Positions 51,851 through 64,000 of a stretch of DNA of 64,000 nucleotides are shown here, in pieces. The position numbers and the translations under genes are program-made. Position 1 is the first letter of the stretch, and each line of letters begins with the position of its first letter. This DNA is from Octopus bimaculoides (Eukaryota): contig NC_068984.1 in NCBI RefSeq assembly GCF_001194135.2, forward strand, positions 119,823,109 through 119,887,108. Reading direction: 5' to 3'. The notes beneath the pieces were generated by a model. The model was not told the origin of the DNA, did not search any database, and worked only from the letters and a program-made list of their open reading frames with translations.

Positions 51851-52266
51851 TGTACATATATACTTACATCCCTCTAGACGTGAATGAGGTCAGAAGAATA
51901 CAAGAGAACATCTATGAACCATTGATAAAGAGTTTGTAAATGCAGTATCCAAGATACTACTTTGAGTTTCATACCTCATATTATTGAAGAAACAGGATAC
52001 ATACCAACCTATCTGTAGCAAAGTATGGCTGAACATGAGTTCCTGGAGAGGGAATGCAAGTCCTTAATTCATATGCTACAATTGATCACAGTAACTAAGG
52101 CAATAAAAATTTGCAACACCATCTGAAAATTTAATGGATGAGGAATAAAACAAGATGCTTTCCTTCACAACTCTTGCTACAAAGCCGATGACCAGTCAAA
52201 AAGAAAACATACATCTTGCATATCTGTCTGCCTGACTGTGTGTGTGTGTGTGTGTCTTTCTCTCTC

Positions 52267-52355
<89 letters not shown>

Positions 52356-53820
52356 NNNNNNNNNNNNNNNNNNNNNNNNNNNNNNNNNNNNNNNNNNNNN
52401 NNNNNNNNNNNNNNNNNNNNNNNNNNNNNNNNNNNNNNNNNNNNNNNNNNNNNNNNNNNNNNNNNNNNNNNNNNNNNNNNNNNNNNNNNNNNNNNNNNNN
52501 NNNNNNNNNNNNNNNNNNNNNNNNNNNNNNNNNNNNNNNNNNNNNNNNNNNNNNNNNNNNNNNNNNNNNNNNNNNNNNNNNNNNNNNNNNNNNNNNNNNN
52601 NNNNNNNNNNNNNNNNNNNNNNNNNNNNNNNNNNNNNNNNNNNNNNNNNNNNNNNNNNNNNNNNNNNNNNNNNNNNNNNNNNNNNNNNNNNNNNNNNNNN
52701 NNNNNNNNNNNNNNNNNNNNNNNNNNNNNNNNNNNNNNNNNNNNNNNNNNNNNNNNNNNNNNNNNNNNNNNNNNNNNNNNNNNNNNNNNNNNNNNNNNNN
52801 NNNNNNNNNNNNNNNNNNNNNNNNNNNNNNNNNNNNNNNNNNNNNNNNNNNNNNNNNNNNNNNNNNNNNNNNNNNNNNNNNNNNNNNNNNNNNNTATATA
52901 TATACACTTTTTTGATAATAGATCTACTTGATCAGGACTAACCTGGGTCTAAACATCAATGACAACAACAACAACGACAACAACACACCTAATAGAAAAT
53001 ATGATACGATGTCAAAGCCAACTAGCTAAGATTCCTGATAGGCAAATCATACAAAATGGGAAATTATTTCAATGTTAATTATGCATAATAAGAATTATTT
53101 TACACTAGAAATGTGTTATTGCACTTAAGCTAATCTAGCCTATCTTAATCTTAGTCACTTATGCTATTCATTGCCTAATTCTATCTACTTTTAATTGGAA
53201 AGAAGTTTTTGATAAGTATCAGTGTAACTTTATATTCTATCAGAAAACATTCACAAGAGATTAGAATATAAGTTAATTACCAAAATATTCCAGCTGATAT
53301 ATATTTATTCTAGAAGTACATTATTAAGTTGTCATATGTAACCCTGTAACCTCTTTGGAATTATTCTTTTTAAGAGTTATTTTTAAGATTATTTTCTTTA
53401 GTGAAACATTTCTGAAAATATTTAGAATCTAAATAATGCAGTTAACCTTGTCTTGATGCGGTTTTAATGAGGATATTTAAATGTGTTTCATACAGGAAGT
53501 ATTTTAAGTTATTGATTTTTTTTTATCACATGAAAATTTCTAAAAAAAAAAAAAAAAAAAAAAAAATTATAGGTGCAGGAATGGCTGTGAGGTAAGTAGC
53601 TTGCTTACCAACCACATGGTTCCAGGTTTAGTCCCAGTGTGTAGCACCTTGGGCAAGTGTCTTCTACTATAACCTTGGGCCGACCAAAGTGAGTGGATTT
53701 GGTAGACGGAAACTTTAAGAAGCCTGTCATATATGTCATATATATATGTGTGTGTGTGTGTGTGTTTGTCCCTCCACCATCATTTGACAACCGATGTTGG
53801 TGTGTTCACATTCCTGTAAC

Positions 53821-53851
<31 letters not shown>

Positions 53852-54139
53852 ATATAATAAGCTTCTGCACAGTTTCTGCAAATTCACTTACAAAGTATTG
53901 GTTAACCTGAGGCTGTAGTGGCAGACACTTGCCTCAGGTGCTGCACAGTAGGACTGAACCTGAAACCACATGGTTGTGAAGTGAACTTCTCAACCACACA
54001 GTCATGCCTGCACCTTAATGATGCTTTGTAAAGCATGGTTTTGATTTATGGCCCTCTGTGTTATAGGTCCAGGATGCTTCCACCACAAGACTCTTAGTTT
54101 ATATCCAACTCTTTACATCTTGACAGACAGTCTAAGAAG

Positions 54140-54575
54140 TGGAGAATGTCTTAAGTTCTCACAGTCTTCTTTCTGCAGCTTCTCTTATGGCTGATTCTTC
54201 CTATGTTTGATAAGCAAGTTCTGCTGCAAAATCTGAAGGCAAGGATGGTGCTGCAGGTCTGCAGTGGCTTGTCTTTCTTTCTTTGGCATTTTGCTTCAAG
54301 TTTCCAGGACGTTTTCTTCCTTGGGCTGTTTGACTCCTTTGCACACTAAGGTTTTCTATGCTGTTCTGTCCTCAGCTAACTTTTCCCAAGTCTTTGCATC
54401 AATGTGGCTCTTGGTCAGGTTGTTCTTACATATGTCCTTAAATCTCAGCTATGATCATCCTCTGGATCTGCTACCATGAACCAACTAGCCATATAACAGC
54501 TGTTTGGGAATTCTGTTGTCATCCATCCACTTCACATGTCCAAGCCATCTCAGTCTCTTTTTCCACAGAGATAGT
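54140..54575 (-). mobile_element. RTE-BovB-type LINE ORF C-terminal fragment
   Basis: RLRWLGHVKWMDDNRIPKQLLYG...LRFKD..K.NL....ID..TWE.LA.DR..; terminal finger FCSRTCLSNIGRISHKRSC. Confidence 0.8.
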
Positions 54576-55211
54576 TTAGAAGTTTAAAATATAATATCGG
54601 AAATATATTCATAAAGATTATAGCTGTTTTCCAATTCATATTGGAAATATATTATTAATGATAATAAATCTTTAATAAATGTTATGAAGAAGAGGAATTG
54701 GAAAGAAAGAGGAGAAAGAACAATGACATCAAAGGAATTAGAATAGGTGGGAGGTGGAATGAACAAGAGTAGGATAGGAAAGCTACCCACATAGTTTTCT
54801 CCTGACTATCCATTCCTTCCTCTTTCCTCTTTTATAGACTCCATTCCACTATTCAACAAAATCCATGCTTGAAATGTCATAATTTTATTTTTAATATTTC
54901 ATCTAAAATTTTTCATCTAAAACATCAAACTAATATACTCATTGAGTGCATCCATTTGACTTGTATATGTTTTTGTTCTTGAAATTGCTATTCATCACTT
55001 ATCTGCCTATGTGTAGAGGTAGTTGGGAAGGGAGGGAGTGATTGCCAATAGCTGATGGACAGAGGCAGAGGTAGGTGTAAAATGGTATATCCTACATTTC
55101 AAATTATCTAAACACATTTGGTCTAGTGCATAGGGAATTAATTACTTAAGTTCATCTTCCTCTCTTTATCTTATCATTCAAGGATAAATACTAGATTTCT
55201 TTGGAATATAA

Positions 55212-55247
<36 letters not shown>

Positions 55248-55586
55248 NNNNNNNNNNNNNNNNNNNNNNNNNNNNNNNNNNNNNNNNNNNNNNNNNNNNN
55301 NNNNNNNNNNNNNNNNNNNNNNNNNNNNNNNNNNNNNNNNNNNNNNNNNNNATCCATCATATGGATTTCTTGCATGCTAGAAAGAACAGTTAAATTCCAT
55401 ACCACTATTTAGGGATAAAACTTCGAAGGGAAAGAAAAATAAAAACATTTACCAGCTAACTCCTGGACCAATGGTTTCAGACTTATTTTAGCAAATAAAA
55501 TAATTTGCTAGGCGAAGTCTTCTTCAGCAGGTACACCTTGTTGGCAGTAAATAAAAATGCTGGCTTTTCAAATCAAAAATTATCCA

Positions 55587-55630
<44 letters not shown>

Positions 55631-55631
<1 letters not shown>

Positions 55632-56672
55632 TGAACTGTGACTGCTGAGGACATGCATAAACTTGCAAGGAATGATGCCACTATGCTCTGCTGGATGTGT
55701 AATGTCAGGGTGCATACATGACAGAGTGTAAGCGCCCTGAGAGAAAAGTTGGATTTAAGAAGAATTAAGATGTAGTGTGCAAGAGAGACGATTGTGCTGG
55801 TATGGTCATGTGTTGCAAAATGAATGAGGACAGCTGTGTGAAAAAGTGTCACACCCTAGCAGTTGAGGGAACCTATAGAAGAAGTAGACCCAGGAAGACC
55901 TGGGATGAAGTGGTGAAGCACAACCTTCAGACATTGGGCCTTACTGAGGCAATGACTAGTGACGGAAACCTTTGGTGATGTGCTGCGCTTGAGAAGACCT
56001 GACAAGCCAAGTGAGACCATGTCTTGTGGCCTATGCCAGTGGGTGCAACCAGCCTTTTATTAATATCCATCATTCATTAAACAACAAACTTTGCTTGCGA
56101 CAACTTATTGAAGCAAGTGAAATAAAAATTAAAATCGCTGACTTGGCTGATGACTGTACCACTTTGATTGGCACTTGTGCCAGTGGAACGTTAAAAACAC
56201 ATCTGAGTGTGGGGTGTAACCAGCCCACTTATGAGTACCCCTCATTCATTGGACAATAAACTTTGCTTGCGAAGACATATTGAGGCAAGTGAAATCAAAT
56301 CAAAATCACTGACGTGGCCAATGACAATACTGTCTGATTGGCACTCATGCCAGTGGAACGTTAAAAGCACATCCGAGCGTGATCGTTGCCAGGACCACGG
56401 ATTGGCTCCCATGCTGGTGGCATGTAAAAAGCACTATTTGAGCATTATTGTTTCCAGCATTACATTACCTGCACATGTGCCAGTGGCACATGAAAAACAA
56501 CATTTGAGCGTGGTTGTTGCCGGTGCCGCCAGACTGGCTTCTGTGCAGGTAGCATGTAAAAGCACCCACTCCACTCTTGGAGTGGTTAGCGTTAGGAAGG
56601 GCATCCAGCTGTAGAAACTTTTGAGCTCAGATTGAGCTTGGTGCAGCCTTCTGGCTCACAAGTCCTCAGTCA
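55631..56672 (+). mobile_element. RTE LINE ORF end plus 3' UTR, broken off at the minisatellite
   Basis: VTAEDMHKLARND...WYGHV...RPRKTWDEVVKH; duplicated ttgcttgcga..ac block and hairpin units; (TA)n at the 5' junction. Confidence 0.85.
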
Positions 56673-56674
56673 AA

Positions 56675-57500
56675 CTTGATGAAATTTTTGATGAAAATTT
56701 TTGATGAAAATGTTTGATGAAAATTTTTGATGAAAATGTTTGATAAAAATTTTGATGAAAATTTGTGATGAAAATTTTTGATGAAAATTTTTGATGAAAA
56801 TTTTTGATGAAAATTTTTGATGAAAATGTTTGATAAAAATTTTGATGAAAATTTGTGATGAAAATTTTTGATGAANNNNNNNNNNNNNNNNNNNNNNNNN
56901 NNNNNNNNNNNNNNNNNNNNNNNNNNNNNNNNNNNNNNNNNNNNNNNNNNNNNNNNNNNNNNNNNNNNNNNNNNNNNNNNNNNNNNNNNNNNNNNNNNNN
57001 NNNNNNNNNNNNNNNNNNNNNNNNNNNNNNNNNNNNNNNNNNNNNNNNNNNNNNNNNNNNNNNNNNNNNNNNNNNNNNNNNNNNNNNNNNNNNNNNNNNN
57101 NNNNNNNNNNNNNNNNNNNNNNNNNNNNNNNNNNNNNNNNNNNNNNNNNNNNNNNNNNNNNNNNNNNNNNNNNNNNNNNNNNNNNNNNNNNNNNNNNNNN
57201 NNNNNNNNNNNNNNNNNNNNNNNNNNNNNNNNNNNNNNNNNNNNNNNNNNNNNNNNNNNNNNNNNNNNNNNNNNNNNNNNNNNNNNNNNNNNNNNNNNNN
57301 NNNNNNNNNNNNNNNNNNNNNNNNNNNNNNTTGATGAAAATTTTTGATGAAAATTTTTGATGAAAATGTTTGATGAAAATGTTTGATCAAAATTTTAATG
57401 AAAATTTTTGATGAAAATTTTGATGAAAATTTTGATGAAAATTTATGATGAAAATTTTTGATGAAAATTTTTGATGAAAATGTTTGATGAAAATGTTTGA
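56675..57500. repeat. 13-bp minisatellite (TGATGAAAATTTT) with a 90-bp higher-order period; gap in the middle
   Basis: The variant block tgaaaatgtttgataaaaattttgatgaaaatttgtgatg recurs at 56731 and 56821. Confidence 0.9.
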
Positions 57501-57966
57501 AAATGTTTGACGATAATTCTGTACAAATTGGTGTGCTACACTCAAATTGTCATTTCTGCAAAGCTTTCAAATTTCCAAATGAAACTAGTGGCATGTGCTG
57601 CTCAGGCGGTAAGGTAAGATTGCTAGCACTACCAGCTCTTTCTTCTTCAACCTCTTTTGACAGTTCACTTCTCCGTCACCATCTCTCATTACAGCCCATT
57701 TCCAGAATGTACCCATTTACGTACAATATCTCCATTACACCTCCATTCGTTTGACTGTTAACCATACCCCAGTTTTCCACGCTAGGTTAGGGCATGGAAT
57801 CCTCCAAATGGATGTATTACATGTCAATTAGTCGAATTAGACCATCATTTGCTCTACAAATGTTTTGTCGTCAATGCTGCACTTTCCCATATCACCTGTT
57901 TCAACATAACTGTAATAAACAAACTATATCATTTTAATCCCGAGCAATGCCGGGTATCTCTGCTAG
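57497..57966 (+). mobile_element. Helitron fragment: RepHel N-terminal Zn-finger remnant and 3' terminus
   Basis: VQIG.L..NCHFCKAFKFPNETSGMCCSGGKVRL matches C..C.A.KF..E..G.CC..GKV.L; 3' hairpin CCCG-agcaatgc-CGGG (57939-57954) then CTAG|T (57963-57966). Confidence 0.75.
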
Positions 57967-58744
57967 TATATATATATGTTTTCAAACTTGTTTATTTATT
58001 ATTGGGAAAACTGAAATGTAGCATAAGAAAGCATCCATATTTCATAAGTTTTATAGTATTTTGGAATATGTTTAGCCTTTTAAAACATGAAGCCTAACCC
58101 ATCCATAAAGAAAAAAATAGAAAAGACAATTATCCTCTCTGGTTTTGAAAGTTTAGATATTTACGTATGAATAGTTGCTCTTTCTGTTTTTAATCTCTCA
58201 CTCAACTATGAAGTAAGGATCATACCTACTTTCTTCTTAGTTATTTTTGGTGAAAACTGCAATATGCCTCAGCGTAAAACACTATAAAACCAGTTTTTGC
58301 TTCAATATTTCTCTGGTTACCTCAATATTTCTCAATAAAAATAAGTGCCATTTACTCTTCTTCACTCCAGTAGCTTTTGAACACGTAACCTTGAAGTCAG
58401 TAATTCAGACATCCATATCACTACTGAAGCCTTCCATCCTCAAATACAATGTTCCTATATTTTATCTTTTGCCTTTTACTTGTTTCAATCTTTGGACTGT
58501 GTCCATGCTGGGGCATTGCCTTTAAAGGCTTAGTTGAAAAAAGTCAACCCCATTATTTATGTTCTTTTTTCAAGTCTGCTACTTATTCTATCAGTTTCTT
58601 ATGCTTAGTAGCTGTGTTATGAGAATGTAAATAAACCAACACTGGTTGTCAAGTGGTGAAGTGGACAAATGCAAAGACATACAAATACACACACACACAC
58701 ACACACACAAATATAATTATTTTCAGGAATGGTGAAATTTGAAG

Positions 58745-58908
58745 TTTCTGGTTAGAAGTTTGCTTTCTAACCACATGGTTCTGGTTTCAGTCCCACTGTG
58801 TGTCACTTTGTACAAGTGTCTTCTATTATAACTGCAGGCTAACCCAAACCTTGTGAATGGATTTGGTAGATGGAAACTGAAAGTAGCTCACCATATAGAT
58901 ATATATAT

Positions 58909-58958
<50 letters not shown>

Positions 58959-59155
58959 TCTCCAGCAACCATTTGATGACTGGTGTTGGTTTGTTTTTGC
59001 CCCTGTAACTTAGCATTTTGGTAAAAAGGGTCTGATTGAATAAGTAATAAACTTTTGAAACAAGTCCTGGGGTTGATTCCTTTGAGTAAAATTCCTCAAA
59101 GTGGTGCCCCAGCATGGCTGCAGTCCAATGTGTGAAACAAGTAAAAAATATTAAA
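58745..59155 (+). mobile_element. SINE A, flanked by inverted partial copies (58460-58680, 59175-59345)
   Basis: Colinear with 51419-51850. Confidence 0.8.
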
Positions 59156-60357
59156 AAAAGCACACGCACACATATACATGAAAGACTTCCACACAGTTTC
59201 CATCTACTAAATTCACTCTCAACATATTGGTCAGCCTGGGGCTGAGGTTGTTTATTTCCTGGTACCAAGCAGTGGGACCGAACCCAAAACCACACACTTT
59301 ACAAAGCAAAGCAAAGTGACCTTAACCACACAGCCATGCCTAACTCCAACATACAACTTATCTTTATTTTTCAAAAATGCGAGCAGTATATTTTTTGACA
59401 AGTTATTAGAAGTTGTGTCTACCGAGATACTTCACTGATAATCCATTTCATGTTCAATAAACTAAAAAGCTGCACTATTTCAGTTTCTGGAAGCATCTTG
59501 TTGCAGCAGCTATTCATTCAGTTGCAAGCCAATATGCATACTGTTCAGTTGATTTATCATATACCTTGCTACTGCAATGACTAGTCAGTATCTGACTTGT
59601 CAAGATGCACAAAGCTCATGTTATTGGTTTTTCTCTTGTTTTGTTTTTGTTACACGTCTTTTATTTATATTTCATTTTATTTTATTTTATTTTACTACCT
59701 ACTGCAGCAGTTGATGCTCTGCCTGTTGTGGTTATTTTGCAGTATGTTGCAGTACTGTTTATTTCTCTTGTTATTTAACCCCCCTCTCCCCTCCCCTCTC
59801 CCCTCCNNNNNNNNNNNNNNNNNNNNNNNNNNNNNNNNNNNNNNNNNNNNNNNNNNNNNNNNNNNNNNNNNNNNNNNNNNNNNNNNNNNNNNNNNNNNNN
59901 NNNNNNNNNNNNNNNNNNNNNNNNNNNNNNNNNNNNNNNNNNNNNNNNNNNNNNNNNNNNNNNNNNNNNNNNNNNNNNNNNNNNNNNNNNNNCACCTTTC
60001 TCCCTTCCTCCCTCCACCTTTCTCTCTCTTCTCCAACTTCTCTCTTTCTCTCTATCTCTATTTTTAGTTTTAAGAAGTTAGGTTTCTTATGCTTCACCTT
60101 TAACTGAAGAATCAGTAGCAGTGATTATGATGAAACTGCATAATAATAATAATAATAATAATAATGATAATAATGATAATAATAATAATAATGATAATAA
60201 TAGTAATAATGATGATAATCATCATCATAATCAGTAGCAGTGATTATGTTGAAAGTGTATAATAATGATGGTCACTCCCGTGAATTTCGATGTATGAGTG
60301 TTTGAAAGAGAGGATTTAAAAGAATAAAGAGAGAGAAAGAAAAAAATGATAATAATA

Positions 60358-60560
60358 ATGGTTTCAAATTTTGGCACAAGGCCAGCAATTTTGGGGGCAG
60401 GGGTAGATTGATTACATAAATGCCAGTGATCAACTGGTACTTATTTTACTGACCCTTAAAGGATGAGAAGTAAAGTCGACCTCAGCAGAATTCGAACTCA
60501 GAGCATAAAGACAGACAAAATGCCGCTCGGCATTATGCATCGCATGCTAACGATTCTGTC
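60358..60560 (-). mobile_element. SINE family D next to (TAA)n
   Basis: taataatggtttcaaattttggcacaaggcc...aaagtcgacctcagcagaattcgaactcag. Confidence 0.85.
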
Positions 60561-60614
60561 TTATATAATGTTGATGATGATGATGATAACAACAGCAGCA
60601 GCAATAATAAAATG

Positions 60615-60669
<55 letters not shown>

Positions 60670-60749
60670 TAAAAATTACAACAGCAATAATGATAAAATA
60701 ATAACAATAATGACAGCAATGATAATAATAATAAAAATAATAATAGTAA

Positions 60750-61150
60750 GACAGACAGAGTAATAGAAGCTAGAAGGCCTGATTTGGTAGTTGTAGATAA
60801 AGAGAATAGAAAGTGCCAGATAATTGACTTTACAGTCTCAAATGATGAGAAAGTCAATATGAGAGGTATAGAGAAAATAGCAAAGAACCAGGACCTAGCC
60901 AATGATTTACAGAGACTATGGAAAGTGCACATAAATTGTATCCCTGTAGTTATAGGTGCATTAGGAACTATCCCTAAAGTTTTGAACAGATGGATAAAGG
61001 AAATAAGCATAAAACCCAGTTTAGTACAGCTCCAGAAAGCAGTGTTATTAGGTACAGCTAGGATACTTAGGAGGGTTCTTGGCATCTAAGGTTACTTGTT
61101 GTAGCCCAATGTTAGGAATTTTTTTTTTCCAACAGTTTAATCTGTTGAGC

Positions 61151-61155
<5 letters not shown>
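60750..61155 (+). mobile_element. R4/Dong-type LINE 3' fragment with uninterrupted RLE C-terminus and (TAA)n tail
   Basis: TDRVIEARRPDLVVVDKENRKCQIIDF...LQRLW...IPVVIGALG...LQKAVLLGTARILRRVLGI* (stop ends 61089); TAA repeats on both sides. Confidence 0.85.
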
Positions 61156-61191
<36 letters not shown>

Positions 61192-61614
61192 GATAATAAT
61201 ANNNNNNNNNNNNNNNNNNNNNNNNNNNNNNNNNNNNNNNNNNNNNNNNNNNNNNNNNNNNNNNNNNNNNNNNNNNNNNNNNNNNNNNNNNNNNNNNNNN
61301 NNNNNNNNNNNNNNNNNNNNNNNNNNNNNNNNNNNNNNNNNNNNNNNNNNNNNNNNNNNNNNNNNNNNNNNNNNNNNNNNNNNNNNNNNNNNNNNNNNNN
61401 NNNNNNNNNNNNNNNNNNNNNNNNNNNNNNNNNNNNNNNNNNNNNNNNNNNNNNNNNNNNNNNNNNNNNNNNNNNNNNNNNNNNNNNNNNNNNNNNNNNN
61501 NNNNNNNNNNNNNNNNNNNNNNNNNNNNNNNNNNNNNNNNNNNNNNNNNNNNNNNNNNNNNNNNNNNNNNNNNNNNNNNNNNNNNNNNNNNNNNNNNNNN
61601 NNNNNNNNNNNNNN

Positions 61615-61734
<120 letters not shown>

Positions 61735-61751
61735 GTAATAATAATGATAAT

Positions 61752-62158
61752 GGTATAAAAGATGGGCTACAGTAAATATTCTTCTCAAAACTGCAGACTT
61801 GCATGTCAGTTATTTGACCTTAACCAGTTGAGCATGTCCCTTGGTGGCTGACAATATGTGCATCTCTTATCACGAGCAGAAGAAGTGGGGGAACATCATA
61901 GCCATGTGTTGAGAGGAATTCTTTGGAGTTTGAATAATTCACTTCTGGAAACATGGGTGTTTTGTTCAGCATCCTTAAACAACCCTCATTCAGGGACCTT
62001 TTTAGTGGGATGGTCTACTCAACCTGAAGAAAATTCTAAATGGGCTCCACCTGCAAGGTCATGTGCTGTTATATCAGATGGGTAGTAATGATGGGTATAT
62101 TGGGCTTTGTATAACTGTACCCCAATGTCACTTTGATGGCATGTGCTGCTCTCTCACT
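61752..62158 (+). mobile_element. Non-coding ~400-bp element embedded in (TAA)n
   Basis: Higher-complexity block with (TAA)n directly on both sides, ending gctgctctctcactc(aat)n; no ORF or tRNA box recognised. Confidence 0.5.
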
Positions 62159-62821
62159 CAATAATAATAATAATGATGATAATAATATTGATATTCAGTT
62201 TGATCTTTTTCTGGTTGATGCCTGTAGGTAAAAAAAAAAAATGAGAATAATCCAGAGAAATGTTTATTTGACAGATAAAGGTTTCCCTGGAGCATTTGAC
62301 AGAAACCTTTATCTGATAGGAAAAGAAATTTGGGTGAAGTGAGGTACAGCATGGATGATGAAACATTATTTCTTGACAAGGGCCACAACTCAGTGATAGT
62401 ACTAAGAATTGAATTTATGATTATGTAGTCAGTATCCGAGCACTTTAACTTTCATAGCCATTCTACTCCTTATTCACAGCTGCAAAACTGTATAGAATAT
62501 TTCTGTTTGAATTTTTCCATTATTTGAGTCTTTGTAAGTTAACAATAAAACCATTAAAACCAAGTTTTGTAATTGTTTTGGTCTCGAGTTGTATTTAATC
62601 ATTAAATAATGCCAGCTATAAGTAAGGTGAATAAAAACTATTTTTTTTTTTCTTTTTGACCTTTTTCTGCTTCAGCAGTCTATTTGAACCTAAATCAACA
62701 AAACTTTGGACGGTGTGTTTTTTGTGCTTTTTTTTTTTTTACAATAATTATGTTATTGAGAACTCAATTAGATTCAATGTCGTTATGTTTGTCTTAGGTT
62801 ATTTGTATTTTATTATTTCAG

Positions 62822-62893
62822 GCTGGTCGAGTCGAAGCTCTTGATAAATTAGTGGTACAGAACGTCAAACAAATATATGAAGGGAAAAACTTG
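62822..62893 (+). CDS. Internal coding exon (phase 0-0): start of an ERp29c (D) helical domain
   Basis: Acceptor tttgtattttattatttcAG, donor TTG|GTGAGT; AGRVEALDKLVVQNVKQIYEGKNL matches the recalled PDIL2-1 segment AGIVESLDALVKEL. Confidence 0.8.
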
Positions 62894-63469
62894 GTGAGTT
62901 ATTTATACTCAATATTTCTGATTATTATCTTAAAACATATAAATGGAAAATGAGGGAAGAGGGTGGCGGGAAAGAATCTTTTGATAGTCTTTTTTTTAAA
63001 TATTTTTTTTTGTAGTAATTTTGTTTGCAATGCTTCTTATAATGTAGAATGAAACTACAATGTCAGAAGATTTATGATTTGTGTACAACCAGATTGTGAA
63101 CTTAAGACATGAGTCATTGACTAATTAACTAATTAGACAGACATTTGTTTTTGTGACATTTCAACCAAGGCAGCCTGAAATGGTGAACTAAAATCTCTAT
63201 TGCCAATTCAAAAACAATTCCACTTCTCTGACTTTCAGAATTGAATGCTTTCTTAACAAATATGAAGTTCTTTTGTAATTTTATCTGATTATAAATATCT
63301 ACAGCATGATATCTATCGCATCACAACTTCCAGAGATTCACTCTGTGCTGAGCTGATTCTGTCACAAGCTTGGAAATAGATTGTCATTGTTGTTGTTGTC
63401 GACATCATCGTAGTCATCATCATCATCAGCTGCAGCAACATTGTTGCTATCATCATAATTTTTACATCT

Positions 63470-63790
63470 ATTAGACTTAGGAAGACATGGGAAGAGGTAG
63501 TGAAGCATGATCCTCGAACATTGGGCCTCACAGAGGCGATGACAAGTGACCAAGACCACTGGTAATATGCCGTTTTTTGAGAAGACTAATCAAGTCAAGT
63601 GAAATCATAGTTGTGGCCGATGCTGGTGTTATGTAACTGGTACCTGTACTGCTGCCACACAGAAGCTCCCGTGCAGGTGGCACGTGAAAAGTAACCAAAT
63701 CCACTCTTGGAGTGGTTGGTGTTAGGAAGGGCATCTAGCTGTAGAAACCATGCCAAACCAGACTGCAACTTGCAGGTCTCTGGCTTACTA
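63470..63790 (+). mobile_element. RTE LINE ORF end and shorter 3' UTR variant
   Basis: RKTWEEVVKHD.RTLGLTEAMTSDQD; one hairpin unit, then ggttggtgttaggaagggcatc. Confidence 0.75.
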
Positions 63791-64000
63791 GTTCCTCTTG
63801 CACAAGTTCCATATTCCTATGTATATGTGTGTGATTGTGCATGCTCATCATGACATCATACAATATTTGTAAACAATTGCCATCCTCCACACACATCATG
63901 TGTCTGTACCAGCAAAGTCTTATCTCCTGTACACCACACCTGATTTTATTATATCCTTATTAATCTATTGAAGTGTTGTACTCTTATTAATTTATGCTAC

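Overview
AT-rich, microsatellite-saturated eukaryotic DNA with about 14 N-gaps. The repeat families look like those of octopus (inference from recalled SINE/RTE sequences, not a database result). Almost every ORF in the supplied track is spurious, from (TA)n/(TG)n/(TAA)n tracts or N runs. I can support one host gene, on the + strand, with two coding exons: 15382-15474 (YGGRLELVEMVTFINEQTNINRQPGGELEET) and 62822-62893 (AGRVEALDKLVVQNVKQIYEGKNL). They splice in phase 0 across a 47,347-bp GT-AG intron and rebuild the thioredoxin/ERp29c junction of ERp38/TigA/PDIL2-1-type (PDI-D) proteins. The rest is transposon debris. It includes an RTE LINE with a PHD-type C4HC3 finger inside its RT region and a 3' UTR hairpin array, plus R4/Dong-type, CRE-type, BovB-type and Jockey/CR1-type LINE fragments and a Penelope GIY-YIG fragment. 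There are also a hammerhead-like repeat, several modular tRNA-SINE families (my labels A, A', B, C, D, G), mariner, hAT and piggyBac MITEs, two ~376-bp fold-back palindromes, and a Helitron fragment abutting a 13-bp minisatellite. Retroelements seem to sort into different microsatellite types. No CRISPR, rRNA or genuine tRNA gene was seen. Repeat boundaries were read by eye (about +/-10-20 bp unless TIRs/TSDs are quoted), and not every short SINE or microsatellite copy is listed.
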